NCBI GenBank assembly: GCA_003445795.1
Contig: DMCN01000066.1
Span: forward strand, 23,294 to 85,056
Reading direction: 5' to 3'
DNA length: 61,763 nt
DNA from: Gallionellaceae bacterium
GTDB taxonomy: Bacteria > Pseudomonadota > Gammaproteobacteria > Burkholderiales > Gallionellaceae
Shown here: positions 25,727 to 34,663 of the stretch, piece after piece
Numbering within the stretch: the first letter of the stretch is position 1
Layout: the number at the start of each line of letters is the position of its first letter
Program-made: the position numbers and the translations under genes
Notes under the pieces: generated by a model
Seen by the model: the letters and a program-made list of their open reading frames with translations, nothing else
What the model was told of the DNA's origin: nothing
Database searches by the model: none

Positions 25727-26764
25727 ATGAGACTCACCAAACCCCTGTTCTGGATCTTCGGCACGATTGTGCTGGCCGCGATCTGTCTGATCGTCGGCGC
25801 GCCTTCCGCGCCCGCCGCACATTCGTTCGATGTTCCCGCCATCGGCATGGCTGGCATGCTGGTCAACAAAGACACGCTGGCCAGCATCTTCACCGGCCTG
25901 AAAACCATCTTCAACAACACGCTGAAGGCAGCGCCGGGCAATTGGTCGGCGACGGCGATGGAAGTGCAGTCCGATGCCGAGGGCGAAGACTACATGTGGC
26001 TCAGCCGCTTCCCGAAGCTGCGCAAGTGGTTGGGTGACAAGGTCGTCAAGAACCTCAAGGCCGGTAAGTACTACAAGGTCAACGAAGATTGGGAAACCAC
26101 CATCGCCGTCAAGCGCAATCATATCGACGACGACCGCCTGGGGATCTACAACACGCAGGCTCAACAGGCTGGCGAAGCGGCCTCCGAACTGCATGACATC
26201 ATCGTTGACGATCTGAAGAACAAGGCGTTCACCGAAGCCTGCTTCGACGGTCAGTTCTACTACGACACCGATCACCCGGTGAAAGATGCCAGCGTGAGCA
26301 ACAAGGGCACGATGGCGCTGTCTTGCGCAACCAAGGCGGCCGCAGTGGCAAGTTACGGCGCGGCGCGCACCACGGTCATGAGCTTCAAGGATGAAGAAGG
26401 CATGCCGCTGCGCCTGATCCCGGACACGCTGGAAGTTCCGCCCGCGCTGGAAGCCACGGCCCGCACGCTGTGCGAGTCGGACAAGCTGGATGACAACTCA
26501 CCCAACCCGTACAAGGGTTCCGCGACTGTGCTGGTGAACCCGGCGCTGACCAGTGCCACCGGCTGGATGCTGCACGTTACCAAGAAAGCTTCGGTGAAGC
26601 CGTTCATCGTGCAGATGCGCAAGAAGCCGATCTTTGTGTCGCAGACCAGCGCAGACAACGACGACGTGTTCAACCGTGCCGAGTACAAGTTCGGCGCCGA
26701 AGCGCGCGCAACCGGTCTGTATGGCTACTGGCAGCTGTCTTACGGCAGCACCGGCGCGGCTTAA
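25727..26764 (+). CDS. Major capsid protein (Mu gpT family) with a ~43-aa hydrophobic N-terminal extension
   Basis: AGGAG RBS; 'EDYMWL..FPKLRKWLGD', 'CFDGQFYYDTDHPV', 'VPPALEATA'; extension MRLTKPLFWIFGTIVLAAICLIVGA... Confidence 0.92.
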   Translation: MRLTKPLFWIFGTIVLAAICLIVGAPSAPAAHSFDVPAIGMAGMLVNKDTLASIFTGLKTIFNNTLKAAPGNWSATAMEVQSDAEGEDYMWLSRFPKLRKWLGDKVVKNLKAGKYYKVNEDWETTIAVKRNHIDDDRLGIYNTQAQQAGEAASELHDIIVDDLKNKAFTEACFDGQFYYDTDHPVKDASVSNKGTMALSCATKAAAVASYGAARTTVMSFKDEEGMPLRLIPDTLEVPPALEATARTLCESDKLDDNSPNPYKGSATVLVNPALTSATGWMLHVTKKASVKPFIVQMRKKPIFVSQTSADNDDVFNRAEYKFGAEARATGLYGYWQLSYGSTGAA

Positions 26765-26797
26765 GGAATACACCCAGCCCGCGAGGTAACACGCTAA

Positions 26798-26824
26798 CCG
26801 GAGCCGCTGTGAGTGCGGCTCCGG
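26798..26824 (+). other. Strong hairpin after the capsid gene (stabiliser or partial terminator)
   Basis: CCGGAGCCGC-N7-GCGGCTCCGG; no U-tract. Confidence 0.5.
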
Positions 26825-26856
26825 GGTGTGCAGAGTGAACGGTCAAGGAGACAGAC

Positions 26857-27222
26857 ATGGCAAACAAGAACAAACCCAGCGGCGGCAAGCCGACAGCGCC
26901 CGGCGCTGATCCTGCGGCCAAGGCTGCGGCGGCAGCAGAGGCCAAAGCTAAGGTAAAGGCTGAAGCAGAAGCCAAGGCAGCAGCAGAGGCCAAGGCCAAA
27001 GAGGAAGCAGAAGGCGCGAAAGGCAAGACGAAAACCATCAAGGTGCCTGCGCTGAGCGTGACATCGAGTGTGGAAGGCTTCCGTCGTGGGGGTCGCTCCT
27101 GGAGCAAGGTGGGGGTGGTGGTCAAACTCTCCGAGTTGAACAAGGTGCAGATCGCGCTGATCAAGGACGAAGGCATGCTGACAGTCGAAGAGGTCGAGGT
27201 CGACGAAGAGGTGGCCGAGTAA
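26857..27222 (+). CDS. Mu gp35/HI1506-like protein with an Ala/Lys/Glu-rich N-terminus
   Basis: 'EGFRRGGRSWS...LSEL...QIALIKDEGMLTV'; (AEAKA)n tract. Confidence 0.7.
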   Translation: MANKNKPSGGKPTAPGADPAAKAAAAAEAKAKVKAEAEAKAAAEAKAKEEAEGAKGKTKTIKVPALSVTSSVEGFRRGGRSWSKVGVVVKLSELNKVQIALIKDEGMLTVEEVEVDEEVAE

Positions 27223-27596
27223 TGAGCCGCGACCAGATCGAGCAGGAGATCCAGGGCAAAGGATTGACCGCCCCGCGCATCACGCCTGCGGACATCGAGG
27301 CGAACATTGCCAGCGAGCACTATTTCACTGCTGCCGACGGCGTTTCCGGCGCTCACGTCAATGTGGACGGCGGGAAATGCGTGGTTGCCGTGCACGAATG
27401 TCCGCACGAGCTGGAGCTGCTGACCTTCTGCGTCCTGATCCTGCGTAACGGCTTTACCGTCACCGGCGAATCGGCCTGCGCCAGCCCAGAGAACTTCGAC
27501 GCCGAACTGGGCCGCAAGATCGCCCGCAAGAATGCGATCGAGAAGATCTGGCCGCTGATGGGCTATGAACTTCGCAGCAAGTTGGACGGACGATGA
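27222..27596 (+). CDS. N4 gp49/Sf6 gp66-family protein (probable Acb4-type nucleotide sponge)
   Basis: 'APRITPADIE..I', 'LTFCVLILRNGFTVTGESACASPENFDAELGRKIA..NA..KIWPLMGY.LR'. Confidence 0.8.
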   Translation: MSRDQIEQEIQGKGLTAPRITPADIEANIASEHYFTAADGVSGAHVNVDGGKCVVAVHECPHELELLTFCVLILRNGFTVTGESACASPENFDAELGRKIARKNAIEKIWPLMGYELRSKLDGR

Positions 27597-28012
27597 CCTA
27601 CGCCACTCAAGTCGACCTCGAAACCCGCTTCAAGCAGCAGGAGCTGATCGAGCTGACCGACGAAGCCGGTATCGGTGAGATCGATGCGGCTGCTGTTGCA
27701 GTGGCTCTGGCCGATACGGACGCGGAGATCAACGGTTTCCTTTCCGGCCGCTATTCGTTGCCGCTGACGCAGACATCGCCCGAGCTGGTGCGCCTGGCAT
27801 GCGACATTGCCCGGTACCGGCTGTACGACACCAAGGCGACGGAGCAGGTAAAGGCGCGCTACGACGATGCGATCAGGAAGCTTCGCGAGGTATCCAACGG
27901 CAAGGCTTCCCTTGGCATCGATCAGGCCAGTGCGCCGGTGAAGGTGGCTGGCGGTGCGGAGATCAGTTCCGGCGGGCGTGACTTTTCGCGCACCGATCGC
28001 GGGCGCTGGTAA
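27593..28012 (+). CDS. Mu gp36 (DUF1320) head-tail adaptor
   Basis: 'MTYATQVDL..RF', 'INGFLSGRY.LPL', 'ACDIARYRL', 'RYDDAIRKL..V..GKASLG'. Confidence 0.9.
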   Translation: MTYATQVDLETRFKQQELIELTDEAGIGEIDAAAVAVALADTDAEINGFLSGRYSLPLTQTSPELVRLACDIARYRLYDTKATEQVKARYDDAIRKLREVSNGKASLGIDQASAPVKVAGGAEISSGGRDFSRTDRGRW

Positions 28013-28452
28013 TGCTGCTCGCCCCTGTCGTCGATACGCTCAAGCTGATCGTCACCCCGGGCGGCGCGCAGGAATTCCGCAAGGTGGCCACGGCGGCGAA
28101 CTTCGCCGCCGCCCGCGACGACCTGAAGACCCCGCCCGCTGCTTACGTGATCCCGGCGCGGGACACGGCCGGTGCGAACAAGTTGGGCGGTGGCGGAGCG
28201 ATCATCCAGCCGGTGGCCGAGCAGTTCGGGGTGGTGCTGGCGGTGAGTAATTTGCGTGACGCATCCGGCGTGGCGGCACAGGTCGAATTTGAGCGGTTGC
28301 GCCGCCTGGTGATCGACCAGATGCTCGGCTTCGTGCCCGGCGATGGCTACGAGCCGTGCGAGTACGGCGGCGGGGCGCTGCTGGCGCTGGATGCTTCGGT
28401 GCTGTGGTGGCAATTGGTCTTTAGGACCGGATACACGGAAAGGAACTACTGA
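28012..28452 (+). CDS. Mu gp37-like tail terminator
   Basis: 'PAAYVIP.RD.AG', 'QFGVVLAV.N.RDASG', 'LLALD...LWWQ..F'. Confidence 0.8.
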   Translation: MLLAPVVDTLKLIVTPGGAQEFRKVATAANFAAARDDLKTPPAAYVIPARDTAGANKLGGGGAIIQPVAEQFGVVLAVSNLRDASGVAAQVEFERLRRLVIDQMLGFVPGDGYEPCEYGGGALLALDASVLWWQLVFRTGYTERNY

Positions 28453-28628
28453 TGAGCGATGAATTTAAAGACGAACACAGCGGCAAGGGCGGCTCCTATG
28501 TGATTGATGCTGACGGCAAGCGCGTGTTGCAGGAGCGCACTGTGCCCGCCGCCGAACAAAACAAAGCCGCATCGACCATTGCTGGAAAATCCACTGTGAA
28601 GGGAGCAACCAATGCCAAGTCCAACTAA
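28452..28628 (+). CDS. 58-aa hypothetical protein
   Basis: MSDEFKDEHSGKGGSYVIDADGKRVL...; overlaps both neighbours. Confidence 0.6.
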   Translation: MSDEFKDEHSGKGGSYVIDADGKRVLQERTVPAAEQNKAASTIAGKSTVKGATNAKSN

Positions 28629-29553
28629 TGTCCGATTTTGGAAGAAGAAGGCCGTCTTGTTCGGCATGGAAGCCACCTACGCACTCGATCCGGTGCTGGT
28701 TGGTACTGACTGGTTCGAGGCGCGAAATGTGTCGCTGACGCCGTTTGAAGTGGAAAGCGGCGACCGTAATATCGCGATGCCGTGGATGGGGAATAGCGGC
28801 AAGCTGATCGTTGCTATGCGTCAGAAATTGGCGTTCGAGGTGGCACTGGCCGGTAGCGGTGCGCTCGGGACCGTGCCCAAGATCGGCAAGTTGCTGCGTG
28901 CGTGCGGATTCGCCGAGACCATCACTGCCGGCGTCAAGGTAGAGTACACGCTGATCAGCGAGGCATTCGAGTCCGGTGCGTTCTACATCAACATCGACGG
29001 CGTGCTGCACAAAGGTATGGGTGTACGCGGATCGGCATCGATCACGCTGGATGCCAAGGGCGTCCCGCTGCTGAAAGTCGAGATGACTGCGCTCTACACC
29101 GCGCCGGTGGATGCGGCGCCTCCGGTTGTGGACCGCAGCGGCTGGCCTATCGAGAAAGCGGTCAATGCCGCAAATACCCTGGTGTGCAAGGTAAATGCCG
29201 TCGATAGCTTCTATTCGAAGTTCGGTGTCAACCTGGCAAGCCAGGTGTCGCACGACATCTACGGCGGCGGCCACGAGCAGATCAAGATCGGAGATCGTCA
29301 GCCGACCGCCAACCTCACCATACTTGCCGAGCTGCTGGCGACGTTCGACCCGTATGCGCTGGCCACCGCCACGACCAACGTGCCGGTGCAGGTGGTGCAT
29401 GGCACTACCGCAGGATCAAAGGTGCAGGTCGATCTCAAGACCAATATAACCGGCGCGAACGAGGTGGACCTGAATGGCTCGGTCGGCTACGACCTATCGC
29501 TGTCTCCGATACCCGTCACCGGCAACGACGAAGTCAAACTGACTTTCCTGTGA
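28612..29553 (+). CDS. Tail tube (major tail) protein
   Basis: 'LLRACGFAET...VEYTLISEAFES..FY...DG..HK..G.RG'; position before the chaperones. Confidence 0.8.
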   Translation: MPSPTNVRFWKKKAVLFGMEATYALDPVLVGTDWFEARNVSLTPFEVESGDRNIAMPWMGNSGKLIVAMRQKLAFEVALAGSGALGTVPKIGKLLRACGFAETITAGVKVEYTLISEAFESGAFYINIDGVLHKGMGVRGSASITLDAKGVPLLKVEMTALYTAPVDAAPPVVDRSGWPIEKAVNAANTLVCKVNAVDSFYSKFGVNLASQVSHDIYGGGHEQIKIGDRQPTANLTILAELLATFDPYALATATTNVPVQVVHGTTAGSKVQVDLKTNITGANEVDLNGSVGYDLSLSPIPVTGNDEVKLTFL

Positions 29554-29560
29554 GAACGAT

Positions 29561-29995
29561 ATGACAGACAAGAAAACCAATCCCATGTTCGTCATCGACC
29601 AGTCCGGCACCGTCAAGTGGCCGGTGGTCGTGAAGATCCCGACAGACGGCGGCGAGTTCGCCGCATTTCAATTCTCCGGTGTGTTCAAACGCTTGGCTGA
29701 AGATGAATACGACGCGATATTGAACCCGAAGAAGGTAGAGGCGAAGCCAGACGATGTGGTGCTGGTCGATGTCGTGCCGGGCAAGAGTCGCGCCGACATC
29801 CTCGCCGACAACGCCGTGCTGTTCCCGCAACTGATGGTCGGCTGGGATGGCCCGAAGGATGCCAAGGGCGAATCTGTGCCGTTCAGCGTCGAGACGCTTC
29901 AACGGCAGATCCAGGGTGTAAACGGACAGCACTTATCCATCGGGCTGTGGCAGGCGATCTTCGAGATCCGCAGCGGGGCCCGCCTGGGAAACTGA
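29561..29995 (+). CDS. Tail assembly chaperone (gpG-like)
   Basis: Ends in the slippery heptamer G-GGA-AAC (29986-29992) just before TGA. Confidence 0.8.
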   Translation: MTDKKTNPMFVIDQSGTVKWPVVVKIPTDGGEFAAFQFSGVFKRLAEDEYDAILNPKKVEAKPDDVVLVDVVPGKSRADILADNAVLFPQLMVGWDGPKDAKGESVPFSVETLQRQIQGVNGQHLSIGLWQAIFEIRSGARLGN

Positions 29996-30342
29996 AGGCT
30001 GCCGCCAGGCGCTGGGCAACCGGGCGCTTCGGCGGCAGCGACGAGCTGGACGAAGACCTTGCCGCCTTCGGGCTGGCAGACCAGATCAAAGCCGACCGGA
30101 ATGCGCCGTTCGGCATCTGGCCGGAGAACGAGACCGCGGTGCGCACATTCCTTGAACTGGAGGCGCACTGGGTCATCGGCAAGACGGCAGACGGCACTTC
30201 GCGCCTGGTGCTGGACAACCGGCAGATCAAAGACACGTTGGAGTTGATGGGCGTTAAGCGGCGGGCGTGGCCCGATCTGTTTAACGGCCTGAAAGTCATG
30301 GAAACGGCAGCATTGCTGGAATTGCACGGAGAGACTGAGTGA
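29986..30342 (+). CDS. -1 frameshift extension of the chaperone (gpGT-like, DUF1799-like)
   Basis: -1 frame open from the slippery site (GKLKAAARRW...IWPENETAVRTFLELEAHW...LKVMETAAL). Confidence 0.8.
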   Translation, partial: GKLKAAARRWATGRFGGSDELDEDLAAFGLADQIKADRNAPFGIWPENETAVRTFLELEAHWVIGKTADGTSRLVLDNRQIKDTLELMGVKRRAWPDLFNGLKVMETAALLELHGETE

Positions 30343-32312
30343 GCGAGCTGACCTTTGGAATGCGCCTGACCTATGACGGCAAGTCTGCAAATGCCGACAT
30401 GGAGGAAACGCGCGCCAGGATGGAGCGCCTGACCAGCACTGGCGGCAAGATGGCGACGCAGTACTCGTACATCGATTCGGCGATGCGCAAGCACGTCGAG
30501 ACCAACGTGCAGACCGCTTCCAGCGTCAACAAGCTGCTCGACCGCTACGATCCGCTGGGCGCGAAGTTGCGCCAGCTGCAGGAAGACTTCAAGAAACTGG
30601 ACTCGGCCGCAGCGGGCGGGCAGATCGGCACGGGCAGCGATGCGCGGGTCGACCAGGCGTATGCCGCCATGCAGCAGCAGATGGTGATGCTGAAGAACGG
30701 CACCACAGCATCCTCTACTTCAATGTCTTCTCTCGGCCTCAACACGCAGTATGCCCGGCGCGAGCTGATGCAGCTTGGCAAGGAAGCGCTGACGGGCGAC
30801 TTCTCCCAAATGCCGCGCACCTTTGCTACGTTGGCTACCCACTCCAATATCCTGCCTGCGCTGATCTCTCCAATCGGACTGGCGATCGCCGGTGTGACCG
30901 CTGCAGCAGTGGCCGGTGGTGCGGCTTGGTACTACTGGGGACATGAGGCGGAGAGTGCCGCCGACAGAGCGATCACTGCTTCAAAGAGAGCAACTGAAGA
31001 TATGCGTGCCTCAGACGCGGTGTATCTGTTGAACCGCGAACGCGAACAGATCGCAAAGAAGATCCCGGTTCAGTGGCTTTCCTACGACGAAAAAGACCTG
31101 AAGAAGCTGGACGATGACTCACAGAAGCTCATTGCAGAATACCGGCGTCTCAGCAAGGAACTGAAGCAGGAGACTGCGCGGAGCGACGCATCTTGGGACT
31201 CGTTGCATTCAACCCCGCAAGAAAAGCACACCTCTGAATTGCAAAATCTAAAACAGCGTTTTGAAGAGCAAAAGGTAATCCATAAGAGCAACCAGCAAGA
31301 ACTTTTAGCACTTGAAAAACAATATCAACAGAAGAAAGCCGAGATCGAAAAACAGTATTCCAAGAAAGCCAACGCCGACCAAGACAAAGGCGACTCCATC
31401 GTCAACGGCCTGATCGCCGACTACGACCGCGAAATTGCCAAGCGTCAGCGCGATATCCAATCGCCGCTGTTGTCTGCTGCGGACAAGCAGCACGCCGACA
31501 ACCTTGCCCTGGTCGGCGAAAAAGCAGACCGCGCCCGCGAGAGCCTGGACAAACTGAATCTCAGCAAGGAAGAAGCAAAGTCCAAGACGGCGCAGATCAA
31601 TGCCGGCGAAAGAGATGCGATCGCCGCGATGGAAGCATTGCGCATGCAAGTCGAGAAGAACAACGCCAGTTGGGAATACGGCGCTGCCATCGCCATGCGC
31701 AAGTACCAGGACGAAGCCGCCAACACTGCCGCACTGAGCGAGCGGTTCTTCACTTCATCGTTCAAGAGCATGGAGGCGCAGGAGGTCAGCTTTATCCGCA
31801 AGGGTAAGGCCGACTGGCGCAGCTTCGGCGACACCATCATCAACGAGCTGGTCCGCATTCAGGTGGCCAAGGCGAATGCGCAGCTCATCGGCACTGTTGC
31901 TGGCTGGTTCAGTGGTGGTTCTGGCTCTGGGGCAACATCCACCGGCAGCGACTGGAACCCGGATTATTCCTTGGGATCTGCCACCCCGCGCGCCAGCGGC
32001 GGCCCTGTGGCTGCAAACAGTCTGTACCGAGTGAATGAGATGGGGCCCGAGCTGTTCCACCAAGACGGCAGCGACTACCTGATGATGGGTGGGCGTGGTG
32101 GCTACGTCAAACCGCTTGGTTCTGAGGTTGGCGTGAACGGCGGCGGCAACGTCTTCTCCATCCAGGTGAACGTCGACGCCAAGAGCGGCGATACGCAGAC
32201 ACAGTCGAACAACGACGCCCTTGCCAAGCTTGGAAACAGGATTGCCACCGTGTCGCGTAGCGTGATCCTGGAAGAGATGCGTCCGGGCGGTTTGCTGGCG
32301 AGGGCTGCCTGA
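30339..32312 (+). CDS. Tape measure protein (lambda-type C-terminus), 657 aa
   Basis: 'LLDRYDPL', 'GKADWRSFGDTIINELVRIQ', 'RASGGPV..NSLYRVNEMGPELF'. Confidence 0.9.
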   Translation: MSELTFGMRLTYDGKSANADMEETRARMERLTSTGGKMATQYSYIDSAMRKHVETNVQTASSVNKLLDRYDPLGAKLRQLQEDFKKLDSAAAGGQIGTGSDARVDQAYAAMQQQMVMLKNGTTASSTSMSSLGLNTQYARRELMQLGKEALTGDFSQMPRTFATLATHSNILPALISPIGLAIAGVTAAAVAGGAAWYYWGHEAESAADRAITASKRATEDMRASDAVYLLNREREQIAKKIPVQWLSYDEKDLKKLDDDSQKLIAEYRRLSKELKQETARSDASWDSLHSTPQEKHTSELQNLKQRFEEQKVIHKSNQQELLALEKQYQQKKAEIEKQYSKKANADQDKGDSIVNGLIADYDREIAKRQRDIQSPLLSAADKQHADNLALVGEKADRARESLDKLNLSKEEAKSKTAQINAGERDAIAAMEALRMQVEKNNASWEYGAAIAMRKYQDEAANTAALSERFFTSSFKSMEAQEVSFIRKGKADWRSFGDTIINELVRIQVAKANAQLIGTVAGWFSGGSGSGATSTGSDWNPDYSLGSATPRASGGPVAANSLYRVNEMGPELFHQDGSDYLMMGGRGGYVKPLGSEVGVNGGGNVFSIQVNVDAKSGDTQTQSNNDALAKLGNRIATVSRSVILEEMRPGGLLARAA

Positions 32313-32653
32313 TGGCTATTTTCATCTGGCTGGTCAGCAAGGACGGTACCAAGACCGTTAAACCGCGCGTGCTGAAGGCGCAATTCGGCGACGGCTACGC
32401 TCAGCGCGGGCCGGACGGCATCAATTCGTTGCTGCGCCGCTGGACCGTGGCGCTGAACAACCGCGAGGCCGCCGAACTGGATGCGGCCGAGGCATTCCTG
32501 GTCGAGCATGGCGGGTACATCAAGTTCGACTGGACGCCGCCGCATGGCGCGGCTGGCAAGTGGATCTGCGACGCCGAGACCGGCTGGGAGCGCATCCAGG
32601 GCGGTGGGCCGAACGGCAGCCTCCGCTGCACCTTTGTCGAGGTGCCAGCATGA
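32312..32653 (+). CDS. Minor tail protein M (lambda gpM-like)
   Basis: 'PRVLKAQFGDGYAQR.PDGIN', 'FL..HGG...FDWTPP'. Confidence 0.9.
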   Translation: MAIFIWLVSKDGTKTVKPRVLKAQFGDGYAQRGPDGINSLLRRWTVALNNREAAELDAAEAFLVEHGGYIKFDWTPPHGAAGKWICDAETGWERIQGGGPNGSLRCTFVEVPA

Positions 32654-33360
32654 TCCGCGCCGAGATCCAATCCCTCGAACACAGCGCCATCATCGAGCTG
32701 TTCGAGCTGGACGCCACCATTCTGGGCGCGCCGCAAAAGCTCTACTTCCACGCCGGTACCAACGAGATCGCCGCGCCCATCGTGTGGCAGACCAACACCT
32801 ATGCGCCGATGCCGATCGAGGCGTCTGGCTTCGAGTGGTCCGGCAAGGGTCAGTTGCCGCGCCCGAAGATGAAAATCTCCAACGTGCTGGGCGAGGTGGG
32901 TGCGTATGCGGCGCTGTACGATGCGCTGAGCGGCGCCAAGATCACCCGCCGCAAGACGCTGGCCAAGTACCTGGACGGCGTTAACTTCCCCAGCGGCAAC
33001 CCCTATGCCGACCCGTCCCAGGCATTCCCGGACGAAATCTGGTTCATCGACCGCATGGCGTCCGAGAACCCTATCTTCATGGAATTCGAACTGGCGTGCC
33101 CGTTCGACGTGGCGGGCATCAACCTGCCTTCGCGGCAGTACATCGCCAACTGCTGCGCCTGGGTGTATCGCTCGTCGGAATGTTCCTACGCGGGTGGCCC
33201 CGTCGCCGACACCAACGACAACGTGCTGGACGAGACCGGCAACCCGATCACCTCGCTCAACGACATGTGCGGCGGCAAACTCGCTTCCTGCAAGCTGCGC
33301 TTCGGCGAATTTGCCACCCTGCCCTATGGCGGGTTTCCCGGTGTGGGGTTGGTGCGATGA
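32650..33360 (+). CDS. Minor tail protein L (lambda gpL-like)
   Basis: 'IELFELD', 'PIEASGFE', 'CAWVYRSSECSY', 'CGGKLASCKLRFG....YGGFPG'. Confidence 0.92.
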   Translation: MIRAEIQSLEHSAIIELFELDATILGAPQKLYFHAGTNEIAAPIVWQTNTYAPMPIEASGFEWSGKGQLPRPKMKISNVLGEVGAYAALYDALSGAKITRRKTLAKYLDGVNFPSGNPYADPSQAFPDEIWFIDRMASENPIFMEFELACPFDVAGINLPSRQYIANCCAWVYRSSECSYAGGPVADTNDNVLDETGNPITSLNDMCGGKLASCKLRFGEFATLPYGGFPGVGLVR

Positions 33361-34076
33361 TCATCCTGTCCGAATCGCTCAAGGCCGCCATCCTCGCCCA
33401 CGCGCAGGCCGAATCTCCGCGAGAATGTTGCGGCGTCATCGTCAATGTCGGGCGCGATCGCGGCTACGTCGCCTGCCGCAACCTGGCCGACGATCCGCGC
33501 CAGCACTTCCAGATCCACCACGAAGACTTCGCCCGCGCCGAAGATCAGGGCGAGATCATCGCCATCGTCCACTCGCATCCGTTCGCCAACGTGCAGCCGT
33601 CTGAGGCCGACAAGGTCGCCTGTGAAGACAGCGGCCTGCCCTGGGTGATCGTCAACCCGCAGACCGAGGCGTTCGGCATCTTCGAACCCAGCGGCTACGA
33701 GGCGCAGCTGATCGGCCGCCAGTTCGTGTATGGCGTGCTGGACTGCTACACCCTGGTGCTGGACTACTACCGACGCGAGCTGGGCATCATGTTGCCGTAC
33801 TACGTGCGCGACGACTCATGGGGCTGGTGGGAGCGCGGGCAGAACCTTTACGCCGATCGCTTCGCCGAGGCGGGCTTTGTGGCCGTGCACACGCCGCAGC
33901 CGGGCGACGTGATCCTGATGCAGGTGCAGAGCGATGTCGCCAACCATGCGGCGGTCTACCTGGGCGACAACGTCATCCTGCACCACCTGGTGAAACAGCT
34001 CTCGCGCCGCGACATGTACGGCGGCTACTGGCAGAAGCACACGCTGCACATTCTGAGGCACCGTTCCAGATGCTGA
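33357..34076 (+). CDS. Tail assembly protein K (JAB + NlpC/P60)
   Basis: 'ECCG', 'IVHSHP...PSEAD', 'GVLDCY', 'NHAAVYLG'. Confidence 0.92.
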   Translation: MIILSESLKAAILAHAQAESPRECCGVIVNVGRDRGYVACRNLADDPRQHFQIHHEDFARAEDQGEIIAIVHSHPFANVQPSEADKVACEDSGLPWVIVNPQTEAFGIFEPSGYEAQLIGRQFVYGVLDCYTLVLDYYRRELGIMLPYYVRDDSWGWWERGQNLYADRFAEAGFVAVHTPQPGDVILMQVQSDVANHAAVYLGDNVILHHLVKQLSRRDMYGGYWQKHTLHILRHRSRC

Positions 34077-34663
34077 CCCAAGTCATCCTATCCGGCTTCC
34101 TCGCCAAGCGCTTCGGCAAGCGTTTTGAGCTCGATGTTGCCAGCCCGCGTGAGGCCGTGCAGGCGCTGTGCATTCAGCTCAAGGGCTTCGAGCAGGCGCT
34201 GCTGGAATACAAGCCCGGCTTTCGTGTCTGGCTCGACCGCGAGCTTCAACCCAATGCCGACAAACTCGACTACCCGCACGGCGGCGCGCCTATTCGTATC
34301 GTTCCGGTGATCGCGGGTTCCAAGGACGCGGCGGTCAACATCATCGTCGGCGCGGTGTTGATCTGGGCGTCTGGCGGTACGGTTGGTTGGGAATGGCTGG
34401 GAAACATCGGTTACGCAATGGTGATCTCCGGCGTCGGCCAGCTCCTGCTCGGCGCGCCCAAGCCGCCCGACATGAACGCCTCCCCCGACAACAAACCCAA
34501 CTTCGTCTACGACGGCGCAGTCAACACCACCGCCCAGGGCAACTCGGTGCCGATCTGCTACGGCGAGATGGAGATCGGTTCGCAGGTGCTGTCGGCCAGT
34601 ATTTACTCGGAGCAGGTCGTGAGCGGCGATGCCGTCAACGACCCGGTGCACTATGCGCTCTAA
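34070..34663 (+). CDS. Tail assembly protein I (lambda gpI-like)
   Basis: 'LDVASPREAVQAL', 'IRIVPVIAGS', 'NTTAQGNSVPICYGE..IGSQV'. Confidence 0.9.
   Translation: MLTQVILSGFLAKRFGKRFELDVASPREAVQALCIQLKGFEQALLEYKPGFRVWLDRELQPNADKLDYPHGGAPIRIVPVIAGSKDAAVNIIVGAVLIWASGGTVGWEWLGNIGYAMVISGVGQLLLGAPKPPDMNASPDNKPNFVYDGAVNTTAQGNSVPICYGEMEIGSQVLSASIYSEQVVSGDAVNDPVHYAL

Noticed and set aside
25766-25790. Lipobox in the capsid leader (LAAIC)
   Set aside because: Ile at -1 does not fit the [LVI][ASTVI][GAS]C consensus.
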